In this document: positions 21,871 to 33,210 of the stretch, in pieces
Numbering within the stretch: position 1 is the stretch's first letter
Layout: each line of letters begins with the position of its first letter
Source of the DNA: Negativicutes bacterium
GTDB taxonomy: Bacteria; Bacillota; Negativicutes; JALHDB01
Direction of reading: 5' to 3'
DNA: 64,000 bases
Assembly: GCA_022840825.1 (NCBI GenBank)
Contig: JALHDB010000001.1
Coordinates: 134,669-198,668 of the forward strand
Notes under the pieces: generated by a model
Database searches by the model: none
What the model saw: the letters and a program-made list of their open reading frames with translations, nothing else
What the model was told of the DNA's origin: nothing
Made by a program: the position numbers and the translations under genes

Positions 21871-23007
21871 ATGAACATAGGCCTTTATCTGCATATACCC
21901 TTTTGCCGCCAAAAGTGCTATTATTGTGATTTTCCCTCATATGCTGATTATGAACAGTATTATGTCGGCTATGTTGATGCGCTATGCCGAGAAATTGCGA
22001 TACAGGGCAGTCTTTACTCACGACAAGATGTTGATTCAGTATATATTGGCGGCGGTACGCCTACTGTTTTGTCCAATAATATGCTGGCTGCAATAATTGA
22101 AAGTATTTATAAAAATTTTCGTTTGACATCTGCGGTGGAATTTAGTGTTGAGGCCAATCCCGGCACTGCTGACTACAGTAAACTTAAACTATTGCGGGGT
22201 ATGAATGTCAATAGAATCAGTTTTGGCGTACAAGCCTTTCAAGACCGATTATTGACTGCCATTGGGCGGATACACCGACAAAAACATATATATGAATCAA
22301 TAGAATGGGCCAAGCGGGCCGGTTTTGATAATATAAATATCGACTTAATGTATGGATTGCCTGGGCAGAAAATCGCCGAATGGAAAGAGTCGCTGGATAT
22401 CTTTTTAAATAGGGATATTTGTCACATATCGGTATACGGATTAAAGATTGAAGAAGGAACGGTGTTTTTTCAATTACAGCAGACTGGACAACTTGAATTG
22501 CCGAGTGAGGAAAATGATGAGGCAATGTATGAATATGTTAACTGTTTATTACCGGACGCCGGTTATCGCCGCTATGAAATTTCAAATTATGCTAAAGCCG
22601 GATGTGAATGCCGGCATAATCTAAAATACTGGCGGTATCAACCGTATGTTGGTATCGGAGCTGCCGCCTGCACGTTTATTAATAACGAGCGGAGAACCAA
22701 TACAACAGATGTAATAAAATATATTGAACAAATCAATCATCGACAATCAGCCGTTGAATTTGTAGAACGGATAGCATCGGACAATGCAATGGCTGAATAT
22801 TTATTTCTTGGCTTACGTACGAACGAGGGAATTGATTTGGCAGACTTTCAAAACAGATTTAATGAAGATTTTATGCAGCGTTATGGCAGCATATTTAACA
22901 AAATGAAAAAAATAGGATTATTGATGCAATTAGATAATAGGATACTTCTTACGTACCAGGGAATAAAATATGGTAATGTAGTTTTTCGATCTTTTTTGCC
23001 AAACTAA
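21871..23007 (+). CDS. hemW: Radical SAM heme chaperone HemW (coproporphyrinogen III oxidase-like, HemN paralogue)
   Basis: 378 aa with the CxxxCxYC radical SAM motif (CRQKCYYCDF). Confidence 0.85.
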   Translation: MNIGLYLHIPFCRQKCYYCDFPSYADYEQYYVGYVDALCREIAIQGSLYSRQDVDSVYIGGGTPTVLSNNMLAAIIESIYKNFRLTSAVEFSVEANPGTADYSKLKLLRGMNVNRISFGVQAFQDRLLTAIGRIHRQKHIYESIEWAKRAGFDNINIDLMYGLPGQKIAEWKESLDIFLNRDICHISVYGLKIEEGTVFFQLQQTGQLELPSEENDEAMYEYVNCLLPDAGYRRYEISNYAKAGCECRHNLKYWRYQPYVGIGAAACTFINNERRTNTTDVIKYIEQINHRQSAVEFVERIASDNAMAEYLFLGLRTNEGIDLADFQNRFNEDFMQRYGSIFNKMKKIGLLMQLDNRILLTYQGIKYGNVVFRSFLPN

Positions 23008-23025
23008 CTTATTATCTTGACAGCA

Positions 23026-23083
23026 AGGCAAATGAGTGGTATTTTTTTATTAGATGTTAGCACTCTAGTTAATAGAGTGCTAA
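23026..23083 (+). promoter_or_regulatory. sigmaA promoter (TTGACA-17-TATTTT) with a perfect CIRCE operator TTAGCACTC-N9-GAGTGCTAA at 23057-23083
   Basis: A perfect 9-N9-9 inverted repeat matching the CIRCE consensus sits just downstream of the -10 and upstream of hrcA. Confidence 0.9.
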
Positions 23084-23108
23084 CAACAGACAGCAGGAGG
23101 TGGAAAAT

Positions 23109-24137
23109 ATGTTAGATGAAAGAAAAAGGAAAATTCTGCAAGCTATCATTGATGATTATATTTCCACCGCGGAACCGATTGGGTCTCGCACGATTGCCAG
23201 AAAGTATAATTTAGGTATTAGTCCTGCTACAATTCGTAACGAAATGTCTGATTTGGAAATGCTTGGGTATTTGGAGCAACCACATACCTCAGCCGGTCGA
23301 ATTCCATCGGCGAGAGGGTATAGATTTTATGTCGATTGCCTATTGTCACCGGCAAAACTATCCGAAAATGATATTGCTTTAATTGAAAGTTGGTATAAGA
23401 CGAAAGTTCGGCGTATTGACGAAGTATTTCAGGAAACGGCTAAGATTTTATCCAGAGTAACTCGTAATGTATCGATCGTTTCTGCGCCACAAATGCGTCA
23501 ATGTACTTTTCGCTATATACAGTTTTTGCCGTTAGATGAAGAAAGAGTTATTGTTGTGCTGGTTTCGGACACCGGTCTAATTGAAAATAAAGTTATTAAA
23601 ATTCCGCAGGAGATCAGCTTAGAAGATTTACAGAAAATTGCTCATCGTATAAATTTGCGGTTAACAGGAATGTCCTTTGATTCTATTAAAAGCTCGCTGC
23701 TGCATGAGATAAAACGAGAGATACTCCAACAGGAAAACTTATTTGAAGCTGCGATGGAATTATTACGCGAAGCCTTAGCGATCAATTCGACTGAAAAAGT
23801 ATATCTTGGTGGTACCACTCAACTATTGGAACAACCGGAATTTAGGGATGTTGACAAGGTAAAGAGTCTGCTGGGAGTATTAGAAGAAGAAAGAGTACTA
23901 TGTGATATTCTCCAGCGCCAGAATAATCAAGGTGTATTGGTTACCATCGGTCAGGAAAATAAATTTAGCGTTATCAAAGATTGCAGTATGGTTCAAGCGA
24001 CTTATCATATCGACGGTCAGATAGTCGGTACTATTGCCGTACTGGGACCTACCAGGATGGAATACGGAAAAGTAATGGCCGTAATCGAGTTTATGAATCA
24101 ACACCTTAGTCAATTATTAAATAAGTATAAAGTGTAG
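23109..24137 (+). CDS. hrcA: Heat-inducible transcription repressor HrcA
   Basis: RBS AGGAGG then ATG. The N-terminal winged helix reads [26 protein letters not shown]. Confidence 0.92.
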   Translation: MLDERKRKILQAIIDDYISTAEPIGSRTIARKYNLGISPATIRNEMSDLEMLGYLEQPHTSAGRIPSARGYRFYVDCLLSPAKLSENDIALIESWYKTKVRRIDEVFQETAKILSRVTRNVSIVSAPQMRQCTFRYIQFLPLDEERVIVVLVSDTGLIENKVIKIPQEISLEDLQKIAHRINLRLTGMSFDSIKSSLLHEIKREILQQENLFEAAMELLREALAINSTEKVYLGGTTQLLEQPEFRDVDKVKSLLGVLEEERVLCDILQRQNNQGVLVTIGQENKFSVIKDCSMVQATYHIDGQIVGTIAVLGPTRMEYGKVMAVIEFMNQHLSQLLNKYKV

Positions 24138-24159
24138 GGTATTTGGAGGGAATAAGATT

Positions 24160-25743
24160 ATGAGTCTTAAGCAAGCCGGCAGCGGCTCTGAAGTGGATGA
24201 GAGATTGGCTGCGCTACTTACTAATGCCAATGCGGTTAGAGCGATTACTTCTGCCGTTGAAGGAACAATCGGCCCTAAAGGCCTGGATACGATGCTTGTC
24301 GACCGGTTTGGCGAAGTTATTATCACTAACGACGGTGTTACAATTTTAGACAAAATGGATGTAAATCATCCCGCTGCGAAGATGTTAATCAATATTGCTA
24401 AGGCCCAGCAAGCAGAGGTCGGCGATGGTACAACTACAGCAACAATTATGGCCGGGAGTCTGGTAGGAGAAGGCGTAAATCAAGTAATCCGCGGTGTGCC
24501 GGTGGCTAAAGTAATTGAAGGTATAAAACACGGTATTGCTTTAGCACTTGAAGAAGTAAAAAAACACGCCCGCCAAATAGACAATATTGACGATTCGATA
24601 TTACGTAACATTGCTATGATTGCCGGTCGCGAGTATCAGGATATTGCCGATTTAGTGGTAAAGGCTGCGCAGTTAATAGGAATGGAAAAGTTGCTTGAAC
24701 CAAACTTTAAATTGTCCGATATTATAACTGCTGAAGAGGGCGCAGATAACGAAGTATTTATGGGCGTAATAATTGACCAAGAACGAATGAGTAAGGAAAT
24801 GCCGCAATCGATAACAAATGCCAAAATATTAATAATCGATGATGCTCTGGAACCGGAAGAACTCGGCGATGAAGCATTAGGTACCGAGATCGGTTTCAAA
24901 CGCTATATAGAGTTTCAAGATGAGTTTAAGGCTAACTTACATAAGATTGTAGATTTAGGCGTAAATGTAGTACTCGTTGATCGTGGCGTAGATTCCAGCG
25001 CCGAAGAGATTTTTACCGATGCCGGAATTTTAGTTGTTCAGCGTGTTTCTGCTAAAGACCTGAGGCGTGCAGCAGAGCATACCGGAGCCAGAATGATGAA
25101 ACGTACCGGACTAAAAAAAACGCCTGAAGAAATTGTTAGGTATATAGGGCAGGCTGCCCAAGTGTATGAGGATGAAAAGTTGGAACAAGTTAGGACTATT
25201 GGTGGTTTAGGCAAACCAATGGCGACAATTCTAGTTGGTGCTGCAACTGAAGAAGTAGTGGGTGAACGTGAAAGAATAGCCAAAGATGCTGCTTCCAGTG
25301 TTCAGGCTGCGGTCAAGGGTGGCTTTGTTCCCGGCGGCGGTTCGATAGAAATTGCAGTTGCCCGCCATGTACAAAAGTGCCGGGATAGTGTAAAGGGTAT
25401 GGCCGGTTATGGAGTAGAATGTGTGGTTAATGCTTTGAAACGCCCGCTGGCTCAGATTGTAGAAAATGCAGGATACAATCATTTGGAAAAAGTCGAGCAG
25501 ATTATTTCGGCACAAGCCGAGCAATCGCTTGATTCCTTAGGGATTGATTGCGATTCGGGTGAAGTCAAAGATATGCTGGATATTGGTGTGGTTGATCCGG
25601 TAAATGTGAAGGTTCATGCCATTAGGGCAGCAGGAGAAGTTGCTGTTGCAATCTTGCGTATCGATACTATTATTAAGAAAAAAGAACAAAATGCAAATAC
25701 CAAGGCTGGTGATGCCGAAAGTACTGGCTTACCAGACTTCTAA
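24160..25743 (+). CDS. Group II (thermosome/CCT-type) chaperonin, bacterial archaeal-like chaperonin
   Basis: 527 aa with the thermosome-type N-terminal equatorial motifs [26 protein letters not shown] and [14 protein letters not shown]. There is no GroEL-type N-terminus and no groES partner. The gene sits between hrcA and grpE. Confidence 0.85.
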   Translation: MSLKQAGSGSEVDERLAALLTNANAVRAITSAVEGTIGPKGLDTMLVDRFGEVIITNDGVTILDKMDVNHPAAKMLINIAKAQQAEVGDGTTTATIMAGSLVGEGVNQVIRGVPVAKVIEGIKHGIALALEEVKKHARQIDNIDDSILRNIAMIAGREYQDIADLVVKAAQLIGMEKLLEPNFKLSDIITAEEGADNEVFMGVIIDQERMSKEMPQSITNAKILIIDDALEPEELGDEALGTEIGFKRYIEFQDEFKANLHKIVDLGVNVVLVDRGVDSSAEEIFTDAGILVVQRVSAKDLRRAAEHTGARMMKRTGLKKTPEEIVRYIGQAAQVYEDEKLEQVRTIGGLGKPMATILVGAATEEVVGERERIAKDAASSVQAAVKGGFVPGGGSIEIAVARHVQKCRDSVKGMAGYGVECVVNALKRPLAQIVENAGYNHLEKVEQIISAQAEQSLDSLGIDCDSGEVKDMLDIGVVDPVNVKVHAIRAAGEVAVAILRIDTIIKKKEQNANTKAGDAESTGLPDF

Positions 25744-25762
25744 ATTCGTGAGGTGATTACTT

Positions 25763-26347
25763 TTGGAAGATGTAAAACAGACTACCGATGAAACAACTCT
25801 TGATGACACAGTAAATAACTGCGAACCGGAAATTGATGAAAACTCTGCGGTGTCCGCCCAAGAGGCTGCCGGTGAACAAGATAAAGAAACTGTGCAAGCA
25901 ATATTGGCTGAGCAGCAAAAGTTAGCAGATGATTTATCTAATCGGTTGATAAGATTGCAAGCTGATTTTGAAAATTTCCGGCGCAGGTCCCGCCAGGAAA
26001 AATCAGAAATGTCTACGCTGGTGACTGCCGATGTAGTTAAACAATTATTACCGGTTATCGATAATTTTGAGCGGGCGTTAAATAGTGCTGCTACGCAAGA
26101 CGTGCAGGCATTGCGCTCAGGAATTGAAATGATTTATCGGCAATTAATAAATAACTTAGAGAAGATCGGTGTGCAAACAATTCTTGCACTGGATATGCCG
26201 TTTAATCCTGAACAACATGAAGCAGTTATGCGAGCCCATGATGACAGTAAAGCTGAAGGCACTATTATCGAAGAATTACAAAAGGGATACTCGATCAACG
26301 GTAAAGTAATTCGTCCCAGTATGGTGAAAGTCGTCGCTAACTCATAA
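25763..26347 (+). CDS. grpE: Nucleotide exchange factor GrpE
   Basis: It has the characteristic coiled-coil region (LQADFENFRRRSRQE) and the C-terminal beta domain. Confidence 0.92.
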   Translation: MEDVKQTTDETTLDDTVNNCEPEIDENSAVSAQEAAGEQDKETVQAILAEQQKLADDLSNRLIRLQADFENFRRRSRQEKSEMSTLVTADVVKQLLPVIDNFERALNSAATQDVQALRSGIEMIYRQLINNLEKIGVQTILALDMPFNPEQHEAVMRAHDDSKAEGTIIEELQKGYSINGKVIRPSMVKVVANS

Positions 26348-26424
26348 TGCGGTGATTATTATTAGATATATTGAAATATGTGCCTTGCTAGGCAGATATG
26401 AACAGCTAAAGGAGGAAATATATT

Positions 26425-28269
26425 ATGGCTAAAGTAATTGGTATAGACCTTGGTACTACCAATTCAGTTGTATCAGTAATGGAAGGTGGAGAGCCGGTAG
26501 TTATTGCAAATGCTGAGGGCAGCAGGTTAACACCTTCGGTGGTAGGTTTTTCGAAAACGGGTGAAAGATTAGTGGGGCAGCTGGCCAAACGTCAGGCCGT
26601 ATCTAATCCTGATCGGACAATTAGCTCAATCAAGCGGCATATGGGTACTGACTATAAGGTCAAAATTGATGATAAAGATTATACTCCCCAACAAATTTCC
26701 GCGATGATTTTACAAAAATTAAAACAAGATGCGGAAAATTACTTAGGAGAAAAAATTTCGCAAGCTGTTATTACTGTGCCGGCATATTTTACCGATAGTC
26801 AACGGCAAGCGACAAAAGATGCCGGTGTTATTGCCGGATTGGAAGTACTTAGAATAATTAATGAACCGACGGCAGCTGCGCTGGCTTACGGCCTAGACAA
26901 AGGTGATGACCATACTATCCTGGTTTTTGACCTCGGCGGCGGAACTTTTGATGTTTCGATTTTAGAATTGGGTGAAGGTGTTTTTGAGGTAAAAGCAACT
27001 CACGGCAATAACCGTTTAGGCGGCGATGATTTCGATGAGCGTGTTATGAATTGGCTGGTTGCCGAATTTAAGCGCGAAACCGGTATTGATCTTTCCAAAG
27101 ACCGGATGGCTATGCAACGGCTGATAGAGGCCAGTGAAAAAGCGAAGATCGAATTATCGGGTGTGTTAACAACGAATATAAACTTACCGTTTATTACAGC
27201 TGATGCTTCCGGACCGAAGCACTTGGATATTAATCTATCCCGGGCCAAATTTGACGAGTTGACTGCCGACCTGGTAGAGGCAACCATGGGACCAACCCGT
27301 CAGGCAATGAAAGATGCCGGATTATCGCCAAAAGATATTGCGAAGGTAATTTTAGTTGGAGGATCTTCCCGTATTCCGGCCGTACAAGAAGCGATTAAAA
27401 AGTTTTTAGGAAAAGAACCACACCGCGGAGTAAATCCTGATGAGTGTGTGGCCGTTGGTGCGGCAATTCAAGCCGGTGTACTGGTGGGTGAAGTTAAAGA
27501 TGTATTGTTGTTAGATGTTACTCCGCTGTCTTTGGGTATTGAAACTTTAGGTGGAGTATTTACTAAGATTATAGATAGGAATACCACTATTCCTACCGAC
27601 AAGAGTCAAGTATTCTCGACTGCAGCTGATAACCAACCGTCGGTAGATATTCATGTTCTGCAAGGTGAACGGGATATGGCTGCTTATAATAAAACTTTAG
27701 GCCGTTTTGAATTAGCGGGTATTCCGCCGGCTCCGCGCGGAGTTCCGAAAATTGAAGTTAAGTTCAGTATTGATGCCAACGGTATTGTGCATGTTACGGC
27801 CAAAGATCTGGGTACCGGCAAAGAACAAGCCATCACTATTACTTCTTCCAGTGGTTTAAGCAAAGATGATATCGATAAGATGGTCAAAGAAGCTGAGTCT
27901 CATGCCGCTGAGGATAAAAAGCGTAAAGAAGAAGTGGAAGCACGTAATAGCGCGGACTCATTGATTTATCAAGCAGAAAAGACCATTAAGGATATGGGTG
28001 ATAAAGCCGATAAAAACTTAGTGGAAAAAGTCCAAAAAGCAGTTGAAAAACTTAAAGATACTTTAAAGGGAAATGACATCGAAAAAATTAAAGCTGATAC
28101 CGAGGAATTGACTAAACCTTTATATGAGCTTTCGGCTGAGATGTATAAACAGGCCCAAGAACAAGGAGCTCCGGGACAACAAGCAGGTAGTGCCGGTAGT
28201 TCCAAGCAGGAAGCCAATAAAGATGAAACCATAGTTGATGCTGAAGTTGTGGATGACGATAAGAAATAA
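26425..28269 (+). CDS. dnaK: Chaperone DnaK (Hsp70)
   Basis: The [18 protein letters not shown] and [11 protein letters not shown] signatures are present. Confidence 0.97.
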   Translation: MAKVIGIDLGTTNSVVSVMEGGEPVVIANAEGSRLTPSVVGFSKTGERLVGQLAKRQAVSNPDRTISSIKRHMGTDYKVKIDDKDYTPQQISAMILQKLKQDAENYLGEKISQAVITVPAYFTDSQRQATKDAGVIAGLEVLRIINEPTAAALAYGLDKGDDHTILVFDLGGGTFDVSILELGEGVFEVKATHGNNRLGGDDFDERVMNWLVAEFKRETGIDLSKDRMAMQRLIEASEKAKIELSGVLTTNINLPFITADASGPKHLDINLSRAKFDELTADLVEATMGPTRQAMKDAGLSPKDIAKVILVGGSSRIPAVQEAIKKFLGKEPHRGVNPDECVAVGAAIQAGVLVGEVKDVLLLDVTPLSLGIETLGGVFTKIIDRNTTIPTDKSQVFSTAADNQPSVDIHVLQGERDMAAYNKTLGRFELAGIPPAPRGVPKIEVKFSIDANGIVHVTAKDLGTGKEQAITITSSSGLSKDDIDKMVKEAESHAAEDKKRKEEVEARNSADSLIYQAEKTIKDMGDKADKNLVEKVQKAVEKLKDTLKGNDIEKIKADTEELTKPLYELSAEMYKQAQEQGAPGQQAGSAGSSKQEANKDETIVDAEVVDDDKK

Positions 28270-28286
28270 ATATTAGGATGGTGTGA

Positions 28287-29429
28287 TTGGTGAGTAAAAA
28301 GGATTACTATGAAATTTTAGGTGTGCCAAAAACAGCGTCTGATGATGAGATTAAAAAGGCGTTTCGGAAATTGGCCCGGAAATACCATCCTGATGTTAAC
28401 CGTGATGACCCTAAGGCCGAGGAGAAATTTAAAGAAGTCAATGAAGCTTATGAGATATTATCTGATGCTCAACGCCGGGCGCAGTATGACCAATTCGGTC
28501 ATGCTGCGTTTGAAGGCGCTCAAGGTGGCGCAGGAGGTTTCGGAGGCTTTGGCGAAGGCGGTATTAATGATATATTCGATATGTTCTTTGGGGGTGGTCA
28601 CTCCGGGTTTGGTTTTGGCTCTCGCCAGCCTGGACCGGAAAAAGGTGCCGATTTACGTTACGACCTGACTATTACTTTTGAACAAGCTGCTTTCGGACTA
28701 GAAACGGAAATAGAATTGCCTCGTACGGAACAATGCCCGGCTTGTCATGGATCAGGGGCGGCACCGGGAACTCATCCGGAAACTTGTCCGGAATGTCATG
28801 GTACCGGCCAAGTACAGTATACGCAAAATACTCCATTTGGCCGGATGATGAATGTTAGGGCTTGTGATCGATGCAAAGGAGAAGGAAAAATAGTTCATAC
28901 TCCTTGTAAAGAGTGTTCAGGACGCGGTAAAGTGCGCAACCGCCGCAAGATCAAAGTTAAGATTCCGGCCGGTGTCGATAATGGGTCGCGCTTACGGGTG
29001 CCCCGGGAAGGCGAAGCCGGATTGCGAGGCGGTCCGCAGGGAGATTTATATGTGTATATTTTCGTTAAACCACATAAACTATTTACACGATCAGGTAACG
29101 ATGTTATATGTGAGGTGCCTATCAGCATAGTTCAAGCGACTATTGGCGATGAAATTGAAGTGCCGACACTTGAGGGAAAGGTTAAACTACGGATTCCAGA
29201 GGGGACTCAACCGGGCACAATTTTCCGTTTGCGTGAGAAAGGTATTCCTTCCCTGCGTGGAACCAGCAAGGGAGATCAACACGTTAAAGTTAAGGTTGTG
29301 ATTCCTAAAAAACTCACTGAAAAACAAAAGGAATTGCTTATTGCTTTTGCTCAGACCGGAGGCGAAAATATCAATCCGGAAGAAAAGAGTTTTTTTAAAA
29401 AAGTTAAAAATGCCTTGGGAGGACTATGA
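28287..29429 (+). CDS. dnaJ: Chaperone DnaJ (Hsp40)
   Basis: The J domain carries HPD. A G/F-rich region and four CxxCxGxG zinc-finger repeats follow. Confidence 0.95.
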   Translation: MVSKKDYYEILGVPKTASDDEIKKAFRKLARKYHPDVNRDDPKAEEKFKEVNEAYEILSDAQRRAQYDQFGHAAFEGAQGGAGGFGGFGEGGINDIFDMFFGGGHSGFGFGSRQPGPEKGADLRYDLTITFEQAAFGLETEIELPRTEQCPACHGSGAAPGTHPETCPECHGTGQVQYTQNTPFGRMMNVRACDRCKGEGKIVHTPCKECSGRGKVRNRRKIKVKIPAGVDNGSRLRVPREGEAGLRGGPQGDLYVYIFVKPHKLFTRSGNDVICEVPISIVQATIGDEIEVPTLEGKVKLRIPEGTQPGTIFRLREKGIPSLRGTSKGDQHVKVKVVIPKKLTEKQKELLIAFAQTGGENINPEEKSFFKKVKNALGGL

Positions 29430-29460
29430 AGGTCACAAAAATGCTAAGGGGCGATAATAC

Positions 29461-30399
29461 ATGAAGTGGGCCGAAATTACTGTCCAGACTAGCCATGAGG
29501 CCACCGAGGCGGTGGCTAATATTTTTCATGAACTAGGCGCCAGCGGAGTGGTCATTGAAGACCCGGAACTAATTAATTCCTATCGCCGGTCCGGAACATG
29601 GGAATATTGTGACATACCCGAAGAGGAAGATACTCAGACTGTAACTGTAACAGCGTATCTTCCGGTAAACGAAGAATTGAATCAAAAATTGCATATTTTT
29701 GAACAACGGATCAATGATTTGACAACGCATAACTTAGATAAGGGCAGTGGTAAGATTCAATTACGGGAAATTGCTGAAGAAGACTGGTCCTCTTCATGGA
29801 AACAATTTTTCCATCCGCTGAAAATTGGTGAGCGGGTCGTAATTAAACCTTCCTGGGAGAACTATCAGCAATTAAATGATGAGGTTGTAGTTGAATTGGA
29901 CCCGGGTATGGCTTTTGGAACAGGCAATCACCATACAACCAGTATGTGCATAGGAATTTTGGAAGACGTTATTCAGACGGGCCATGTCGTGTTTGATATT
30001 GGTACTGGTTCAGGAATATTAGCAATTGTGTGTGCAAAACTAGGAGCTAGCAGTGTGCAGGCAGTTGATATCGATTCTGTTGCCGTACAGGTTGCTGCTG
30101 ACAATATCCTAAAGAATAAAGTTGAAGATATAGTGAGCATTAAGCGCGGGGATTTGTTATCCGGAGTGACAGGCAAAGCAGATGTTATAATTGCTAATAT
30201 AATTGCTGATGTGATTGTTGAACTGATAACTGATGTTAGCAATAAATTAAATGAACACGGTCTTTTAATCGCCAGCGGGATTATATCCGATCGACTGACG
30301 GATGTTTCAACCGTAATTATGGACCACGGATTGACAATTGAAAAGGTTATCGAGCAAGGTGGCTGGGTGGCAATGGTGGTAAGTAAGGGAGGAGAATGA
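29461..30399 (+). CDS. prmA: Ribosomal protein L11 methyltransferase
   Basis: The SAM motif DIGTGSGILAI is present. The position after dnaJ matches Bacillus. Confidence 0.9.
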   Translation: MKWAEITVQTSHEATEAVANIFHELGASGVVIEDPELINSYRRSGTWEYCDIPEEEDTQTVTVTAYLPVNEELNQKLHIFEQRINDLTTHNLDKGSGKIQLREIAEEDWSSSWKQFFHPLKIGERVVIKPSWENYQQLNDEVVVELDPGMAFGTGNHHTTSMCIGILEDVIQTGHVVFDIGTGSGILAIVCAKLGASSVQAVDIDSVAVQVAADNILKNKVEDIVSIKRGDLLSGVTGKADVIIANIIADVIVELITDVSNKLNEHGLLIASGIISDRLTDVSTVIMDHGLTIEKVIEQGGWVAMVVSKGGE

Positions 30400-30400
30400 C

Positions 30401-31153
30401 TTGCGCCGTTTTTTTGTTGACCACCACTTAACTGAGAACATTTGTATAACTGGTGAAGATGCGCATCATATTGTACGGGTATTACGGATGAAAGTCGGCG
30501 ATTTGATTACAATAGTATCAAAAACAGATGGACAAGCCGGTACAGCTACTATTACCGGCATAAAAGAAAACTATGTCGAAGTTACGCTTAACGAGCTTGA
30601 TTCTGGTAATAATGAATCGCCGGTTCAGTTAATATTAGCCCAAGCGTTGCCCAAAAGTGATAAAATGGACTATATAATTCAAAAGGCAGTTGAACTAGGT
30701 GTTACCAAAATTATTCCGCTTGAAACGGAGTTTTGTATTACTCATTATGATGCAAGCAAGAAGCAGCAGCGGCAACAGCGGTGGCAAAAAATAGCGGCTG
30801 AAGCTGCTAAGCAATGTGGCCGGAATATTGTGCCTGTGGTCGAAGCGATTTGCAGTTTAACAGATTTTTTAGTTTCTTTGCCAGCTAATTCCTCTGAACA
30901 GCTGGTAATTATGCTCTACGAAAAAGCGACGGGACGGGGATTGAAACAAGTATTCAATCAGCAAAGTATGCAATCATTTGTACTATTGGTAGGTCCTGAA
31001 GGCGGCTTTTCCAATAACGAAGCAGAATTGTGCCGAAAGTATGGAGCGGAGATTGTTACATTAGGTCCACGGATATTACGCACTGAAACAGCGGCTGTAG
31101 TTGGCGTTGCTGTCGTGATGTATCATTTTGGAGATATCGGAGGAGGACTGTAA
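30401..31153 (+). CDS. rsmE: 16S rRNA (uracil1498-N3)-methyltransferase RsmE
   Basis: 250 aa with a PUA-like N-terminus and a SPOUT domain. Confidence 0.85.
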   Translation: MRRFFVDHHLTENICITGEDAHHIVRVLRMKVGDLITIVSKTDGQAGTATITGIKENYVEVTLNELDSGNNESPVQLILAQALPKSDKMDYIIQKAVELGVTKIIPLETEFCITHYDASKKQQRQQRWQKIAAEAAKQCGRNIVPVVEAICSLTDFLVSLPANSSEQLVIMLYEKATGRGLKQVFNQQSMQSFVLLVGPEGGFSNNEAELCRKYGAEIVTLGPRILRTETAAVVGVAVVMYHFGDIGGGL

Positions 31154-31154
31154 T

Positions 31155-32453
31155 TTGCCACGGGTCGCGTTTATTACATTAGGCTGCAAAGTAAATCAGT
31201 TTGACACAGCTGTCAGCGAGGGGCTGTTTAGGCAGCGGGGTTATGAAGTTGTCGATTTTGAAAGTGTTGCGGATGTTTATGTTATAAATACTTGTGTGGT
31301 TACTAATACCGGTGAACGTAAATCTCGCCAAATCATTCACCGTGCTGCCCGGCGTAATCCTGAGGCTATTATCGTAGTTACCGGTTGTTATGCTCAAACC
31401 AATCCGGCGGCCGTGGAAAAAATTCCAGGTGTAAGCTTGATTATCGGCAACCAGGATCGAAATAAGATCGTTGATTTAGTGGAGGAGACAAAAAATCAAC
31501 ATAAAATCACGAATGTGGTTCAAGATATTATGCATACCGATGAATTTGAGGATATTCCCTTGTATCATTCTACGCAGCGAACGCGGGCATTTTTGAAGAT
31601 TCAAGAAGGATGCACTAACTTTTGTACATATTGTATTATTCCGTTTGCCAGGGGACCCTTGCGTTCCCGCTCCTTAAGCAGTATTAAGCAAGAAACAGTT
31701 AGATTGGTTGCTGATGGATATAAAGAAATTGTTTTGACCGGCATCCATCTCGGCGCTTATGGTTACGATCAAAACCCGCGTCTATCGCTTGCTGATGCCG
31801 TCCAAACCGTTTTATCGGTGAATGGAGTTGCCAGACTTCGTTTAGGCTCATTGGAATCGATTGAGGTCGGAGAAGAAATAATAAATATCATGATGGAAGA
31901 TGACCGACTCTGTCCACATCTTCATCTGCCGTTGCAAGCAGGTGATAACACTGTTTTACGTAAGATGAATCGTCATTATACGGTACAGCAGTACCAAAAG
32001 TTGCTTTTCGATATTAAACAGAAGATTCCGCAAATTGCGATAACTACGGATATTATTGTCGGGTTTCCCGGCGAGACTGAAGATATGTTTGTCAATACTT
32101 TACAATTTCTGCAAGGGATGGACTTTTTAAAGATACATATATTCCCGTATTCCCGGCGAACGGGAACTCCTGCCGCCACTTTTCCTGAACAGATACCGGC
32201 GGAAGAGAAGAAGCTGCGCGTAAAACGAGTAGAGGAAGTTGCCAGGCAAAACACCGCAAAGTTTATCCAAGGTTTTATCGGTACCAAAGTAAATGTATTG
32301 TTTGAAACCGAAAAATCCGGTATAATCGACGGTTTAGCCGAAAATTACATTCGTATTTATACCGCTGCCGGTAGTGCCCAAATTATTGGTAAGATTGTCA
32401 GTGTCCAAATTACCGGACTATATAAAGACGGTGCCTGGGGCAAACTGCAATAA
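31155..32453 (+). CDS. mtaB: tRNA threonylcarbamoyladenosine methylthiotransferase MtaB (MiaB-like radical SAM)
   Basis: The MTTase N domain is present and the radical SAM motif is CTNFCTYC. A TTG start follows RBS AGGAGGA, and the ORF-track start at 31128 is an extension. Confidence 0.88.
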   Translation: MPRVAFITLGCKVNQFDTAVSEGLFRQRGYEVVDFESVADVYVINTCVVTNTGERKSRQIIHRAARRNPEAIIVVTGCYAQTNPAAVEKIPGVSLIIGNQDRNKIVDLVEETKNQHKITNVVQDIMHTDEFEDIPLYHSTQRTRAFLKIQEGCTNFCTYCIIPFARGPLRSRSLSSIKQETVRLVADGYKEIVLTGIHLGAYGYDQNPRLSLADAVQTVLSVNGVARLRLGSLESIEVGEEIINIMMEDDRLCPHLHLPLQAGDNTVLRKMNRHYTVQQYQKLLFDIKQKIPQIAITTDIIVGFPGETEDMFVNTLQFLQGMDFLKIHIFPYSRRTGTPAATFPEQIPAEEKKLRVKRVEEVARQNTAKFIQGFIGTKVNVLFETEKSGIIDGLAENYIRIYTAAGSAQIIGKIVSVQITGLYKDGAWGKLQ

Positions 32454-32572
32454 TTTTCTGTCTAGCGCTATTTTTAACAGCAGGATATCAAAAAACCAAG
32501 CAGAATATTTCTAAATAAGGGAATATTATAGTCATTGAAGTGATCTCATAAGCCGTGAGGGGAGGTGTTTCC

Positions 32573-32920
32573 ATGAATCAAGATTGCATTTTCTGTAAAA
32601 TTGCAGCAAAACAAATACCGTCCCAAATCATTTATGAGGATGAATATATACTGGCTTTCCCTGATATCCAACCACAAGCTCCTGTTCATTTCCTGGTTAT
32701 TCCGAAAAAACATATTGAAAGTCTCCTTGAGGCCCAACCGGAAGACAGTGAATTGTTTGGCCATGTGATGTCTATTTTACCTGAGATTGCCCGGCAGGCA
32801 AACCTTGCGGAAGATGGCTTCCGAGTTGTAATTAACACCAAACATAATGGTGGACAGACGGTACCGCACCTACACTGGCATATTTTAGGCGGAAGATTTA
32901 TGACTTGGCCGCCAGGCTAA
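32573..32920 (+). CDS. HIT family nucleotide hydrolase (HinT-like)
   Basis: The histidine triad HLHWHIL is at the C-terminus, and the N-terminus reads CIFCKI. Confidence 0.88.
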   Translation: MNQDCIFCKIAAKQIPSQIIYEDEYILAFPDIQPQAPVHFLVIPKKHIESLLEAQPEDSELFGHVMSILPEIARQANLAEDGFRVVINTKHNGGQTVPHLHWHILGGRFMTWPPG

Positions 32921-32923
32921 TAT

Positions 32924-32952
32924 TGACAAGTTTTATGTACCTAATGTATAAT
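32924..32952 (+). promoter_or_regulatory. Consensus sigmaA promoter for rpsU-yqeY (TTGACA-17-TATAAT)
   Basis: -35 TTGACA at 32924-32929 and -10 TATAAT at 32947-32952. Confidence 0.8.
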
Positions 32953-33016
32953 CGTTAGGTGTATGTAGTCTAGGTATGCACTTCCCCGTAGGTCTGCGTG
33001 GAGGGAGGGAGAACAG

Positions 33017-33193
33017 ATGGCAGAAGTTAAGGTAGGTAAAAACGAAACATTAGATAGTGCGCTTCGCAGGTTTAAGCGCTCTTGCCAAAAAGCTGGCGTA
33101 CTTTCTGAAGTGAGAAAACGTGAACATTACGAAAAACCTAGTGTAAAACGCAAGAAAAAGTCCGAAGCAGCACGTAAACGTAAAGTTAGATAG
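33017..33193 (+). CDS. rpsU: 30S ribosomal protein S21
   Basis: 58 aa, [58 protein letters not shown], with the RBS GGAGGGAGGGAG. It is absent from the ORF track because it is under 60 aa. Confidence 0.92.
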   Translation: MAEVKVGKNETLDSALRRFKRSCQKAGVLSEVRKREHYEKPSVKRKKKSEAARKRKVR

Positions 33194-33210
33194 TTGCGGA
33201 GGTATTTACT

